A stretch of 64,000 bases of DNA from Octopus bimaculoides (GCF_001194135.2 NC_069000.1:10838912-10902911), one strand, 5' to 3'. Positions 38,506 to 51,420 are shown, numbered from the stretch's first letter. The notes: generated from the letters alone by a model not told the origin. Program-made: numbers and translations.

Positions 38506-39346
38506 ACAACATTACTTTACTTGGTTGATGATAATAAGTACCATGCCTACCTTTTAGAATAGAGTGATTGTCAGTAGAACAAGGCAACTAAATTTGTTAA
38601 AAGTCTGGCACCTAAAATATCCAAATCCTAATTTTCAAAAGCAAAAATTAAAAATTAATACCTGACCCATATAAACATGAAAACTGATTAAATACAGAAG
38701 CTTAATGGTAATTCTCCATCTTGTTGACTCATTTGAGTAGATTTAGTCAACTTCTTCTGACCTTGTGATCTAGAGAGTACAAATCATGCTTGCAAGCTGA
38801 TGCAAACAATGGAGCACCAGGCTAGATTGCCCAATAGTTTCTATTTCAGTGCCTCACACGTCTGTGTTCAATTCCTACCATTATCAGTATTGAAGTTGGT
38901 GGTATCGTTTATTCTCAGGTCAACCCTAATCAAGAGAATATCTGATCGAAGGTTTTCTAGTATTGATATTCCTATTTTTTAAAGAGAGTTTTCACTGCTA
39001 TTTCTAGCAACTGTATAACAGATCCTTTATTGGCTCATCATTATTAATGTCTAACAAACCAAAGATACTTTAACATGTACTCCTTAATGTCACCCCTAAA
39101 ACATTTCACTCAATAATTCTAATTCTTATGCAGGCAACTTAAGTTGGGTCTTTTTTTTAGAGATGGGGGTAGCTCATTTTTCCTTTTTTCCTCTTTATGG
39201 GTTGATGTTTAGCCCCAGGTTAGCTGTGAGCCAACCAACTCGGGGCTAAACTTAAGAAGAGTATAAAAATAAAAAACACTACCACAGTGATCAGTCTGGC
39301 TTTCTGTTTTCGTTTTTCCTCAAGCAGTTAATTACATTATCTAAGA

Positions 39347-39617
39347 CAGGGGTTTTCAAACTTTTTGACTTGCAGACCCCTTTATATTTCAGGCTTTACC
39401 TTAGGGACCCCCTTATAAACGCTTATGAAATTTATACATAAATATTTGCTTAAAATAACATATTTATTTAACAGTATTTAACGAATAGGTTTATTGTCAA
39501 TTAAAAGATTTCGATTAAAAAAACATATATAAAATCAAATTGCCCATAAAAAGTATTTGCTGTCCACAGACCCCCTGTCCTGTCCTTGCAGACCCCCTGT
39601 CAGTTTGAAAACCCCTG
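39347..39617. mobile_element. hAT (Charlie-like) MITE, 271 bp
   Basis: Perfect 16-bp TIR caggggttttcaaact / agtttgaaaacccctg; perfect 8-bp TSD atctaaga (39339-46, 39618-25). Confidence 0.95.
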
Positions 39618-40007
39618 ATCTAAGATGTCTCTCCACCTTTTCTTTTAGATGATAGGGTAAAGTCACTGCATAGAAAATCCCTCAGGGTACTATGTGAAAC
39701 ATAGTAACATAATCCAGTCTTGGTTAGCTATGGCTTAAACAGAACTCCAACACAGTTAAACAATCAATTAATTGTTACTCAGCTTGATAAACTCAATGTA
39801 GCTTGTTAGCTTTTCGTCTCTGTCTGATGTTGGTATTTATTTTCTTCACAGGAATCAAAAGTCAAAATCTATTTCATAGAATTTCGTATTCAGAATACAC
39901 AGCCATGAAAAAGTCCAGTCAGTTTATTATTTATGCCAGTCTATTATGCTACTATCAAATCACCATTTTGTCTTACTAAACAAACAGTTCAGGTCAATAA
40001 GGGAGTG

Positions 40008-40106
40008 AAGGAGTGGCTGTGTGGTAAGAAGCTTGCTTCCCAACTGCATGGTTCCATGTTCAGTCCTACTGCATGGCACCTTGGGCAAGTGTCTTCTACT
40101 ATAGCC
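40008..40106 (+). mobile_element. A/B SINE head running into a gap
   Basis: ggagtggctgtgtggtaagaagc...tctactatagcc then Ns. Confidence 0.85.
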
Positions 40107-40612
40107 NNNNNNNNNNNNNNNNNNNNNNNNNNNNNNNNNNNNNNNNNNNNNNNNNNNNNNNNNNNNNNNNNNNNNNNNNNNNNNNNNNNNNNNNNNNNNN
40201 NNNNNNNNNNNNNNNNNNNNNNNNNNNNNNNNNNNNNNNNNNNNNNNNNNNNNNNNNNNNNNNNNNNNNNNNNNNNNNNNNNNNNNNNNNNNNNNNNNNN
40301 NNNNNNNNNNNNNNNNNNNNNNNNNNNNNNNNNNNNNNNNNNNNNNNNNNNNNNNNNNNNNNNNNNNNNNNNNNNNNNNNNNNNNNNNNNNNNNNNNNNN
40401 NNNNNNNNNNNNNNNNNNNNNNNNNNNNNNNNNNNNNNNNNNNNNNNNNNNNNNNNNNNNNNNNNNNNNNNNNNNNNNNNNNNNNTCTCTCTCTCTTTTT
40501 CTCTCTCTCTCTCTTTTTCTCTCTCTCTCTCTCTCGTCCCTTATCCCTTCTCTCTTTCATTTAAGCTGTGCTATAAAATCATATTGATTGCACACTTATA
40601 TAGTTTTTATCA

Positions 40613-40656
<44 letters not shown>

Positions 40657-42128
40657 TATGCAGTCACATTAATCTTCACAAAGGTTGCATATCTAAACCA
40701 GGATTGACATTGTAGATTAACTAACTGCCTCATGCTCTATGCTTACACATTGTAAACAGTTACCAGCTATCGAAGATATCTTTGAGCAATACAATAACCA
40801 CAAGAAAAACCAGTGGTCATGAGGGATGCCCTACCTAATGGTAAAGATGGAACCTCGATGTAAGCATCAAAGAAAGTCTTTGCCAAAAAAAAAAAAAAAA
40901 AAGTTAAAACGTAACTTACCTCACGAGGCCTTAAAAGTGAATTTTATTTCTATTTTCTAGAGTTTTGGTCTGACCTTTATTAAATGTGAAAATCATTTTT
41001 AAATGCCATCAGAGTGGTGTGCTTTTACATTGTTAATCTGAATCGTTAATGCCCTCACTCTCTCTGTCTCCAATTGAAAACCCTACCCATTTTGGTCATC
41101 CCAAGCTTCACCTTTTTAGCTATCACCTTCTCCTTCTTTCTCTCTCTCTCTCTCTCTCTCTGTATATATATATATATGTGTGTGTGTGTATCTCTTTAGA
41201 GTCACCACTACCACAAGCCTCTCTCTATGTTCCAGTCAGTTTTGGGTTTTTTTTTTTTTTTTTTATCTAATGCTAGTTACCAACATTATTACCATATAAC
41301 CTTATTTGCAAACCATGATTTGTCTGAGTTCACCCATCCCTTACATAAACAGCTAACCTTGCTCTGTATTCCCCCATAACTTGTTACGTGCAATGGCTGC
41401 AATCACGATTGGTGACATCACATGAATCAGCTGGAATTTTTTTTTTTTAATTCGACACCCTTTAATCTTTACTACATCTAAATAACACATTTGTGGGTAC
41501 AGGCAGAGCTATATGGTCAAGACGTAGGTGTAGGCATGGTTGTGTGGTTAAGATATTTGTTATACAATCAGGTGGTACTGGGTTCAATACCACTACAGGG
41601 CACATTGGGAAAATTTATTTTTATTATAAACTTTGGTTCAAACAGAAGCCTGACAAATGAACTGCACTTGAAGAGGGCCTATTTTTATTTCCTTTGTCTT
41701 TACTTCTCCATGTCTCAAAGGCCCTGCAGGGGTCAGTGAGGCTACTGTTCCTCCTCTGATTAAACCAGTGACCGCATGGTTTGGAAAGCAAGCTTCTTAA
41801 TCACAGTCGTGTCTACACCTGTAGCCACACCTGTGCCTATCCCTGCCAAAATCATTTACTTCTTTACCACATCAGTCTCAGTTTTTCTAAGTCAAACAGA
41901 CTATACTAGGTTCAAAGGCAATAACTGAAGAGTCTTTTGCGTTCTGCTTATTTATATATTTATTTATTGTGCCAAGACCATTGACTTACTTCAGTTTTCT
42001 ATTGCCGTGGTATTTATAACAAGGGGTTTGTTACAAACAGACAATGTGGCGTCATGCTAGTTTCTCAACCAAACAACTGAAAGGACTCCATATTTTGGAT
42101 CTTATTGCTGACTTTATCTTACGTGCAT

Positions 42129-42169
<41 letters not shown>

Positions 42170-42216
42170 TGTGTGTGTTTGAGCTTGTGTGTATGCACGT
42201 GTGTGTNNNNNNNNNN

Positions 42217-42263
<47 letters not shown>

Positions 42264-42652
42264 GCACACACTCACATACACATACATATACATAATGTTT
42301 CATACAGGAAAAAGATAAATAAATGAAAGAGGGGAAAAGGAAGAAAAGGAAAACTTGTGCTATAGAAGATCAATCCATGAATGCAGATGGCTTGAATCAT
42401 GCAATCGATGTTTACTTTCGGTCATGAAGGATTTCGCAGTCAGTCAACAACCAAACAACGGTTAATAAATAATCAAAGAATGATTTGTTGTTGTTGAAAT
42501 GCTTTAGGTTTATAGGGAAGAGGAAATGGAAAGTTGTGGCTATCATATTTTACTAGGAGCAATGTTTTTTTTTATATTGTTATTAAGGTTGTAGAATGTG
42601 ATTGGAGGGATTTAGAGCTGCTATTTCTAACAGGCCAGGTGACTGCATAAAG

Positions 42653-42916
42653 CTGTGGTCCTCCACCAGGGTTCATATGAACCTTAAGGGCTCCATATAA
42701 GGTTTTGTTGTTAAAATTTATGTGCAATAAACTTCTTGTATTTCTACAATGCACAAACTATTTAAACATTTTTTTAATATGATTCCCAATAATATTTAAT
42801 CATAAAAATGTGGTTATTGGATTTTTGGAACATCGAGTGGCTAAGCAGATTCCCCACCCACTGATTAAAGTGGGAATCGAAGAGGTCCATTGGCAAAAAA
42901 TGGTTTGGGACCACTA
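42653..42916. mobile_element. hAT MITE inserted next to or into a family D repeat
   Basis: ctgtggtcctccacc vs ggtttgggaccacta; TSD gcataaag / acataaag (7/8). Confidence 0.75.
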
Positions 42917-43029
42917 ACATAAAGGATCCCTTTGTTGGCTCACACATAATTTACTTTTATTATTTATTTCGTTTATTTAGGCCAATAATGAAAACAGTTA
43001 ATAAATAAATAAAAATATTATCTAATAAA

Positions 43030-43390
43030 AAGGTGTATGGTAAGTAGTTTGCTTACCAACCACATGGCTCCAGGTTTGGTTCAGTTCCACTGTGTGGCAC
43101 CTTGGGCAAGTGTCTTCTACTATAGCCTTGGGCCAACCAAAGCCTTGTGAGTGGATTTGGTAGACGGAAACTGAAAGAATCCCGTCATATATATTTGTGT
43201 GTGTGTGTGTGTGTGTTTATGGGTGTATGTTTGTGTGTCTCTGTGTTTGTCCCTCCAACATTGCTTGACAACTGATGCTGGTATGTTTACATTCCTGTAA
43301 CTTAGCAGTTCTGCAAAAGAGACCAATAGAATAAATACTAGGCTTACAAAGAATAAGTCCTGGGGTCGATTTGCTCAAAAGAATAAATGC
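43030..43390 (+). mobile_element. Family A SINE
   Basis: Head, (GT)n, tail to gtcctggggtcgatttgctc. Confidence 0.9.
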
Positions 43391-44124
43391 ATAGAATAAT
43401 GGATTGATCGCAATATATTTCTCATAATTATTTTGTCAGTGCTGGTTAGGTAGCTGAAAAACAAAGCTAACATGAGCAGGGCTTGAACTCAGAAAGGAGG
43501 GAACCAAATTTCAATTTCCAATGCATCTAGTACCTCAGTGTTTTGGCCCCTTTCCACTACACTAAGGTTATTTCAACAACCTGATGTTTATTATTGTTGT
43601 TGTTGTGGTGGTGGTGGTGGTGCCACCGCTGCCTCCTCTGCTACTGCTGTTGATGATGATGATGATAAACATCAATAAGGATTCTGACAGCAAGCTACTG
43701 AATTACATACCTAATTGATTTTATTATAATTAGTATCTTTTCTTCAACAAGATGGTTTGTTTCTGTGTCCATGTGTGAGTATAAGACAGAAAGAGAGAGA
43801 CAGACAGAAAGAATGAGTCAGAGAGAGAGAGAAAGAGGATTTATAACAGATTCAAATAGGTTTCTTTTTGTTTTTGCTTCATTTATTTTTAGTCGATTTC
43901 CTGGATTTAAAATTTTTTTTTCTAATGTTCTGGTTGACTTGGTATTTTTCAATTTTTTTTTTTTTTAGTTTTGTTTTTAATTTGCTTGATTGGTCAAAGT
44001 ATTGATTAGAATTATTGACTTTCTGTCTTTAGTGCACCACGACTAATATAACTCTGTATCAGGATGATCGATTATAATCATCATCATCATCATATTAATT
44101 TCGGATGGCGCAAGCATGGCAATG

Positions 44125-44310
44125 CACAGGCATAGCTGTGTGGTAACAAGCTTTGCTTCCCAACCACATGGTTCCTAGTTCAGTTCCACTGTGTGGCACC
44201 TTGGGCAAGTGTCTTCTACTATAGCCGAGAACAACCAAAGCCTTGTGAGTGGAATTGGTAGACAGAAACTGAAAGAATCCCCTGTGTGTATGTACATATA
44301 TATATCTGTG
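44125..44310 (+). mobile_element. A/B SINE head
   Basis: caggcatagctgtgtggtaac...gaaactgaaagaatcc. Confidence 0.85.
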
Positions 44311-44734
44311 TGTTTGTGTCTTTGCATCTGTTTCAGATCAAGGTTACAAACGGGAATTTTACAAAATATTTACCGTATTTTTGAAGTCATTTTCACTTAA
44401 AAATATTTTGCCTATCATAATGTATCTAATGGAAAGGTTAGAGTTTCTTCCCTTTCAGGGTTAAGTTATTTTCAGAGTATTTTCCGATTTATGCAAAACT
44501 TGTTTTATTCTGTTCATATTCATATTTCAGGGGCACTTTACTTTCAAACTATTTTCTCATTATGTGCCAGTTTGGCTGTGTAACATCGCAAGCAAACAAG
44601 ATTGAACTTCGCTTTTAATAGTATATAGATACATGGTCAATGAAGCTCAGCTCATGGCCAGATGACATCAAATCACAAGTCTACACATGCTGGTACAAAT
44701 ATTCTCACACATACATATGCACACACACAATCAT

Positions 44735-45098
44735 CATCATCATCATCATCATCATCGTTTAACGACCGCTTTCCATGCTAGCATGGGTTGGACGATTTGA
44801 CTGAGGACTGGTGAAACCGGATGGCAACACCAGGCTCCAATCTAATTTGGCAGAGTTTCTACAGCTGGATGCCCTTCCTAACNNNNNNNNNNNNNNNNNN
44901 NNNNNNNNNNNNNNNNNNNNNNNNAACGATCTCACTCGAAAATCCTACGGGAGCCAGTCAGGCGGTACTGGCAACGGCCACGCTCAAAATGGTGCATCTC
45001 ATGTGCCACCCGCACAAGAGCCAGTCCAGGGGCACTGGCAACGATCTTACTTGGCTTGCCGGGTCTTCTCACGCACAGCACATTTCCAAAGGTCTCGG
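44735..45098 (-). mobile_element. RTE LINE 3' end: last codons plus 3'UTR plus (GAT)n tail (defines family C)
   Basis: 45097-45050 translates RDLWKCAVREKTRQAK, stop TAA at 45049-47 (RTE DR..W...V C-terminal pattern), followed by ggcatccagctgtagaaac...cccatgctagcatggaaag...(gat)n. Confidence 0.8.
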
Positions 45099-45114
45099 GA
45101 TAAAAATAGTCCAT

Positions 45115-45900
45115 TGATTAACTGTATGTGTGTGAAGATGAGAATGTGTGTCTGTCTGTCTGTCTTTGTGAATCCCTAAAACTCGAGAACTACACGACCA
45201 ATTTCATTCATTTTACATATGCCTTACTTAGGGTCCATGTAGTGTCATAGGCTAAAAAAATTTTTAACTTCTTGCCTAGTTCGAGCCCACAGCAATATCA
45301 TATCTTCTCCACTATTTCAGTATTAGGTGTCAAAAGTGAAACAATAACATATTTCTATTGTAATGTCAGATAGTTTCACTTTAATAGTTTCACTTTAATA
45401 GTTTCACTTTAATACTGAAACTATTAAAGTGAAACTATTATCAGTACATATTGTAAAGCTCAGTTTGTGAGTGTGTGTGTGTGTTTGTGTTGCATCTATA
45501 GCATTATACGCAGTACGTTTGGTTTGGATTTGAGATGGTTTAAAGGGGGCAGAACCCCTATGAAAATTCATAAATGTTCGATGTTGACGAAATTTCAACC
45601 ATGGGTAATTGACACACATCAAGAAATATTCTCCAACTTTCCACTTCTTCTGAGGATTCTAAGCCCCCTAATGGGGGCCTTAATTCCCAAATTTTAGTCA
45701 TTTTTTTTTTATGATCCAAAACTAGGTCAAAAGTACTGAAATGGTCTTTATGAAATTTGGAAATTATATTCTATGCATAAGGGCCACAACCCCCATGAAA
45801 ATTCATATATTTTTGCTGTTGATGAAATTTTAACCATAGATATTATATACAAATGAAGTAATATTTCTAAAATTTCATCTTCTTACAAGTTAGAAAGACC
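45115..45900 (+). mobile_element. Helentron/HINE-like non-autonomous rolling-circle element
   Basis: (ctgt)n near start, then aaaactcgagaactacacgaccaatttcattc, repeated gaaattt motifs and two about 235-bp-spaced imperfect internal repeats (45552, 45788); DINE-1/HINE-like layout from recall; termini not pinned. Confidence 0.5.
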
Positions 45901-46711
45901 CACAACTTAGTCATTTTATCTAAGCAAAGACAAATACAGTTGTACTCTTGGAAGCTGTAAGGTCACCCGAGCATAAATGATGAGCATTATTTGTAATTCA
46001 ATGGTACAACAGTGTAAGAGTTTGCTTTGAGATATACTTAGATGAGTCTTGATCAAAGTCATTCCACTTTGATACGGTTTCACATTAATATTTTGCCTGA
46101 TGTGGCTGTACAGTAAGGTATAGAAAGAAATTTTCGAGATATTGTTGTTCTGATAATATTGTACATATCTCTGTTTATATTTTATGGAGCTGGGAAGAAT
46201 GTAATAATTTCATGTAATTAATTCTATCTTATGATAATATAAATAGTTAAATCTCCCACATAAGACAGCAATTACTGTCTGTGTCTGCTTCTATAAATAT
46301 CCTCATAAACTACTAAACTACTTTCTCTCAAGTCTGCCGGTAGATGTCAGCAGAACATTTAGTAAATTAAAATCTGATTTAAATTGTCTTTTCTTCTTTG
46401 GTGTATTCACACCTCAATTGATATTTTGTCATCACTGATAACAAGTGATGTAGGCTAAGATGGGCTGTGGGGAGGAAAGGGGGAAAATTATGATGGAAGT
46501 AAGAGAGAATTGTAGGTTTAAAATGCTATGGCGGGGCAAAGGAAGGGTAGCTTGGATAGGGACTAATTAGATACGGGAACTTAAATGAATTAAAGAATCC
46601 ATTGACGAAACAAGCCTAAGAAGCTGTATTTTTTTTTAACATAAAATATCAGAAGGTTGTAAGACAATTGTAGAATGATAATAATGATGATAATAATAAT
46701 AGTAATAATAA

Positions 46712-47445
46712 TAATTTCAAATTTTGGTACAAGGCCAGCAGTTTTGGAGTAGGGAGTAAGTTGATTACATCAGCCCCAATGCTCAACTGGTACTTATCTT
46801 TTCGACCCCGAAAGGATGAAAGGTAAAGTTAGCCTTGGCAGAATTTGAACTCAGAATGTAAAGACGGACAAAATGCTACTAAGCATTCTGCCCAGGGTGC
46901 TAATAATAATAATAATAATAATAATAATGATAATAATTCTTTTTACTAAAAGCACAAGGCTGGTCAGTTACATCAAGCCCAGTAGTTGACTGGTACTTAT
47001 TTCATCGTCCCTGGAAGAATGACTGGCAAAGTCAACCAAGGCAGAATTTGAACTCTGGTGCTAAGTATTTTATCTGGTTTGCTTATGATTCTGCCATCTT
47101 ACCACCATTTTAATAATAATAATAATAATAATAATAATTGTTTCAAATTTTGGTACAAGGCCAACAATTTTTGGGGGTGGGGGATGGGTTAGTTGATGAC
47201 ATCAACCCCAGGGCTCGGCTGGTATTTATTTTATCAACTCTAAAAGGATGGCAAAGAATCCGTTGACAAAACTAGTCTAGGAAACTGTATTTTTTTTTTT
47301 TTAACCTAAGATGTCAGAGGGTTGTGAGACAGGTGTATAATAATGATAATAATAATATTAATAATTCTTAATTTCGGAACAAGGCCAGATGAATTTTGAA
47401 CTCACAACGTAAAGACAGACAAAATGCTGCTAAGCATTTTGTTCA
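46712..47445 (-). mobile_element. Cluster of four head-to-tail OK-like SINE copies joined by (AAT)n
   Basis: Copies at about 46712-46905, 46935-47105, 47135-47250, 47365-47445. Confidence 0.85.
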
Positions 47446-47674
47446 AATAATGCTCCCCCCAAGGTATTTCTCCGCCGTCTCAATCATATTGTTGCACTGA
47501 GCTGCGGCGGTTAGCAGTGGTGATGCAGTAATAATACTTGCAGCTTATTCATCATGATAAGATTACATCTCTGTTATTTTTGCAGTGAATTTGCTTCAGT
47601 TTCACAAAAATAAAAAATAAAAACCACCACATTACGACTTCCATTATATCATCAGTATTAACCCTACACAAATC

Positions 47675-47719
<45 letters not shown>

Positions 47720-47953
47720 AGACAGAGAGTGGGTGAGGAACAAGGTTATGGCTCAGTAGTAGAATACTAAATTATACTAGTTAAATTGACTGCATGGATG
47801 GCAGTTCACTCCCACGATAGTAAATTTATCCTTTCATCTTTTCTCGTATGGATAAAATAAACAAGCTATATAACATTCCATACATACATGTGCATGCATG
47901 TATGTATGTCTATTTATCTATCTATCTATCTACACACATACATACTTATTTAC

Positions 47954-47988
<35 letters not shown>

Positions 47989-48592
47989 AAACACATTATA
48001 CACTTGCAGGCGTGGTACTGTGGTTGAAAAGTTTGCATTGCAATTCCAACCACATAGTTTCAGGATGTCAAACTCTGCAGTCTCTCTTTAATTTCTCTCT
48101 TTTCAGCTTTTCCCTGCCAAAAAAAAAAAAAGAAATGTTCTCTATCCAAAATAATAGATTTTCCACTCTTCACAGTAATTCACTGTACTCTTTTTTTTTT
48201 GTCAATTTTACTATATATCTGTGTGTGAAAACATTGGTTAATTAATAAAACTAGTCAGGAAATAATTGAAGCTTCTGGAATTTGGTACTGTAGCAAAATG
48301 TTGAGAACTTCTTGAACTGAAAAGCAAGAAACTGAAGAATGTAAATCAATTATTCAACTGCAACTGAATTTATTTTAAACAGTGGTAAGAAACTCACAAG
48401 GGAGCTGAACTGCAGAAAGTTCTTCAGAGAAGGACACCCCCCAGTGTTTCTGCCCTTAACTTCTTACACTGTAAAGGAGCTGGGCCTCATCCAGGTCATA
48501 GCTCCTGGATGCCTTTGTGCATTGAAACTGCTTGGAGATTTCATCTAGTTGTAACTCCTCACGATTGACTCCACTTTCAAACTTATACTTAA

Positions 48593-48700
48593 CCTTTAAC
48601 ACATTGTAGGTGCATCATGTTGCTGTATTAGTAATCTCCCTTGTAGCTGCTGGGCAATGGCAGGGGAAACAGTTCTAGAGAAAATGTAGTGTGCTAAAGG
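48593..48700. mobile_element. 108-bp TTAA-flanked MITE
   Basis: ttaa|cctttaacaca ... tgtgctaaagg|ttaa (TIR 10/11). Confidence 0.65.
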
Positions 48701-48974
48701 TTAAAGAAAAAATAATGTTGGTTGTCATAGTTGTGGTAAAATGTAATAATGAGCTATAGTGGTAATAATATTATTTTGGGCGATATGAGGGAGGGAAAAG
48801 AAGGGGTCGAGTAATATGAAGATTGGTAGGGAGAATCAGTATTTTAACCAATATTTGAATGAAGGAAAGGTTTTTGGTTAGTATTTCTAATTGATTGGAG
48901 ACAGGTTGTTTTGAACAGCCACTGGTTTAGGTAGATGTTTGTAGCTACAGGTGACAAGTGATAGATACGAACTT

Positions 48975-49336
48975 CTCAACCGTGTGGTTTCAGGTTCAGT
49001 CCCACTGTGCAGCACCCTCAGCAAGTGTCTTTTGCTATAACTCCAGGCCAACCAGAGCCTCGTGAGAGGAACTGTAATATGCATATATCGTTATCTGCTT
49101 GTTTGTGTGATTGGACCCTTGACTTCATATCACATGATGATTGTAGAATGAGTATCAATGTCATACAAAGGGTGTTGTTTGTTTAGGGTCTTCCGTGAAA
49201 ACCATGTCTGATCATGGGGACATATTAACCTTGCTTAGCAACCAGAAAGGCATCCAGCTGGTTGAAAATTTGCCTCAATAAATTCCATCTGACTCATGCA
49301 GGCATGGAAAAATGAACATTAAAATAGTGATGATGG

Positions 49337-49367
<31 letters not shown>

Positions 49368-49370
49368 AGG
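48975..49370 (+). mobile_element. Family B SINE with (GAT)n tail
   Basis: ggttcagtcccactg head; tail gaaaggcatccagctgg...catgcaggcatggaaaaatgaacattaaaa(gat)n. Confidence 0.85.
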
Positions 49371-49701
49371 TAATTAAAAAGAATGATGTTCTAACATTGT
49401 AATATTAATCATGAATCTGTAGATTCTCTTCAAACATCTCAAGTCTGACCCGAGATGACTTCTGCCAACATCATTTAAACCACATCAAGAAACCTTAAAT
49501 GAATTTCAAACTGATTTTATTAAGCCTAGTCTGCACTATTGAAAAAAAAAAAAAATTATCAGTGTTGTCATAATCGTCATCATTATCACTTTAATCTTCC
49601 TATTTGTATATATTAATAGATATTCCACCATGATATTGAGAAAATCATTTCATATACAAATATTTTCCCATTTAGCTCTCTTCAACCAAATTCACACTTA
49701 C

Positions 49702-49763
49702 CTCATATCTTCTTCTCCGTATCCATCTCTGTTTCCATGACAATCACACTTGAACCAATCCAT
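49702..49763 (-). CDS. Candidate first coding exon MDWFKCDCHGNRDGYGEEDM
   Basis: ggcATGG start, open frame to perfect donor GAG|GTAAGT (phase 2), downstream of a (GA)n tract; no homology recognised. Confidence 0.27.
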
Positions 49764-50015
49764 GCCCTGCCTCTTATCACACTCTTAGATCCTGGTCTAG
49801 CTCTTTCTCTTTTTCTCTCTCTCTCTCTCTCTCCAATAAATCCATGTGCTGTGCTAATCTGACATATAAATGAACAATGATCTCTCTCTCTCTCTCTCAC
49901 TCACTGATCTATATTCAGCTTTCATCTCACTTAACCAGATTTTACTTTCAACTTGGTCATTATTTAAGCCATCCAACACCAATAATCTATACTTTATGTT
50001 TCAATATGTGTCGAC

Positions 50016-50063
<48 letters not shown>

Positions 50064-50719
50064 TACATACATACATACACACACACACATACGCAGTGCA
50101 TTGTGTCCTTGAGCAAACACACATCATTTGACATCGCTTCAGTTTTTGGTGGATAAAATGAGAACCAACCAAGAGTTAGAGTAGCCCTTTTCTTTCCCTG
50201 CAAATGTCGAATCCTAGATGTTCTACTGAACCTAGAGTGAGTAAGGGGGCTCAGAGTGTAACAGTGTCTGCTCATAATTACATAGGCACCTCAGACAATT
50301 AGCAAAAAGCATGATAGATGCAGGCAAATTGTCCTCGCTTGTGAGTACAATGGCTGTGGTCAGTTTTTATCCCTGTTTCTTAAAAAAAAAAAAAAGTAAG
50401 TTTTTGACCCTTATAGTTTCAAATCTATGCATTGCCATTGTGATGATCTACTGAGCAAGGTACATAACTCTGTGTCAACCTGTTTTACTGACTGATAACA
50501 AACTGGTTTTTCACACCTACTTCACAGTTGAGTGATTGGTTGGCAGTAAGGAGGACAGTCAGGTATAAACCACGTGCTCTAGCGACGAAATAAGCCATGC
50601 CCTCTCAAGCATGGAAAAACTGAGTAAAACAGTAAAAAAAATTTTTTAAAAGGACGTAAAAGTGTGATATTTTGTCTTAATTTTTTTTAGCTTAGTCAGG
50701 TTGTGGTAAAAAGAAATTA

Positions 50720-50945
50720 TGTAGCTTGTAGCCTCACTGTTAGGCAACTGAGCTTGTAATCATATGGTCATGGGTTCAATTCCTGACCCATGCACTTTAT
50801 TTTATCTTGCTCCAATCCATTCTGTTTGTGAAAATAGGTATTAAGAGTGACAGAGCACCGAGTCAGCATCGACTTAGTATGGTAGCATTTACAAACCGAT
50901 GGTACGACCCAAAACCCTTTGAAAAGAGCGTTATGGCCAATGGTG
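50720..50945 (+). mobile_element. Third tRNA-derived SINE family (E), decayed; related body at about 50100-50165
   Basis: A-box-like tagcctcactgtt, B-box ggttcaattcc, then gcactttattt.tcttgctccaatcc. Confidence 0.55.
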
Positions 50946-51354
50946 CACCACTGCTTCCTCCATTCAACCCTTTACTTGGAGGATATGAGACATCTTAGCA
51001 CAAGTGATTTGGTAGCCACTGATTCGATGTTTATTTGACATTAGACATTTTACTGCCTCTTTTGATCTCTCTCTCTTTCTCCCTCTTCTCTTCTTTCTCT
51101 CCTCTTCTCTCTCTCCCTCTTCTCTTCTTTCTCTCTCTCTCCTTGAGACCATAGTTTTTCCTTTTGTGTTCAAGGAGAGGGATAGAATTTATGTCAGTTG
51201 TGTTCAATTAATAAATTGTAATCTCTCTCTCTCTCTCTTTCGTTCTTATTCTTTCCCCTCTCTCTCTCCATTATGTGTATGAAGAGAAGGAAAGTGTTCA
51301 ATTCATGTTCTGTAAACTCTCCCCCTCTCTCTTTCTCTCTGATTGTTCAGTCAC

Positions 51355-51420
51355 CTGTGCCACATCACCATCATCCAAAGAAGCAGCAGCACAATCGTCT
51401 CCCTCCATCACTCGGATGTG
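51355..51420 (-). CDS. Candidate 66-nt phase 0-0 exon HIRVMEGDDCAAASLDDGDVAQ
   Basis: ctaat...ttatttacatgtttag| and cag|gtgact; a plus-strand reading is also splice-plausible, so ambiguous. Confidence 0.17.

Noticed and set aside
46680-47445. Repeat-spacer-like periodicity of SINE arrays (CRISPR-like look)
   Set aside because: Units are about 200-bp SINEs separated by microsatellite, in a eukaryotic context with no cas genes.
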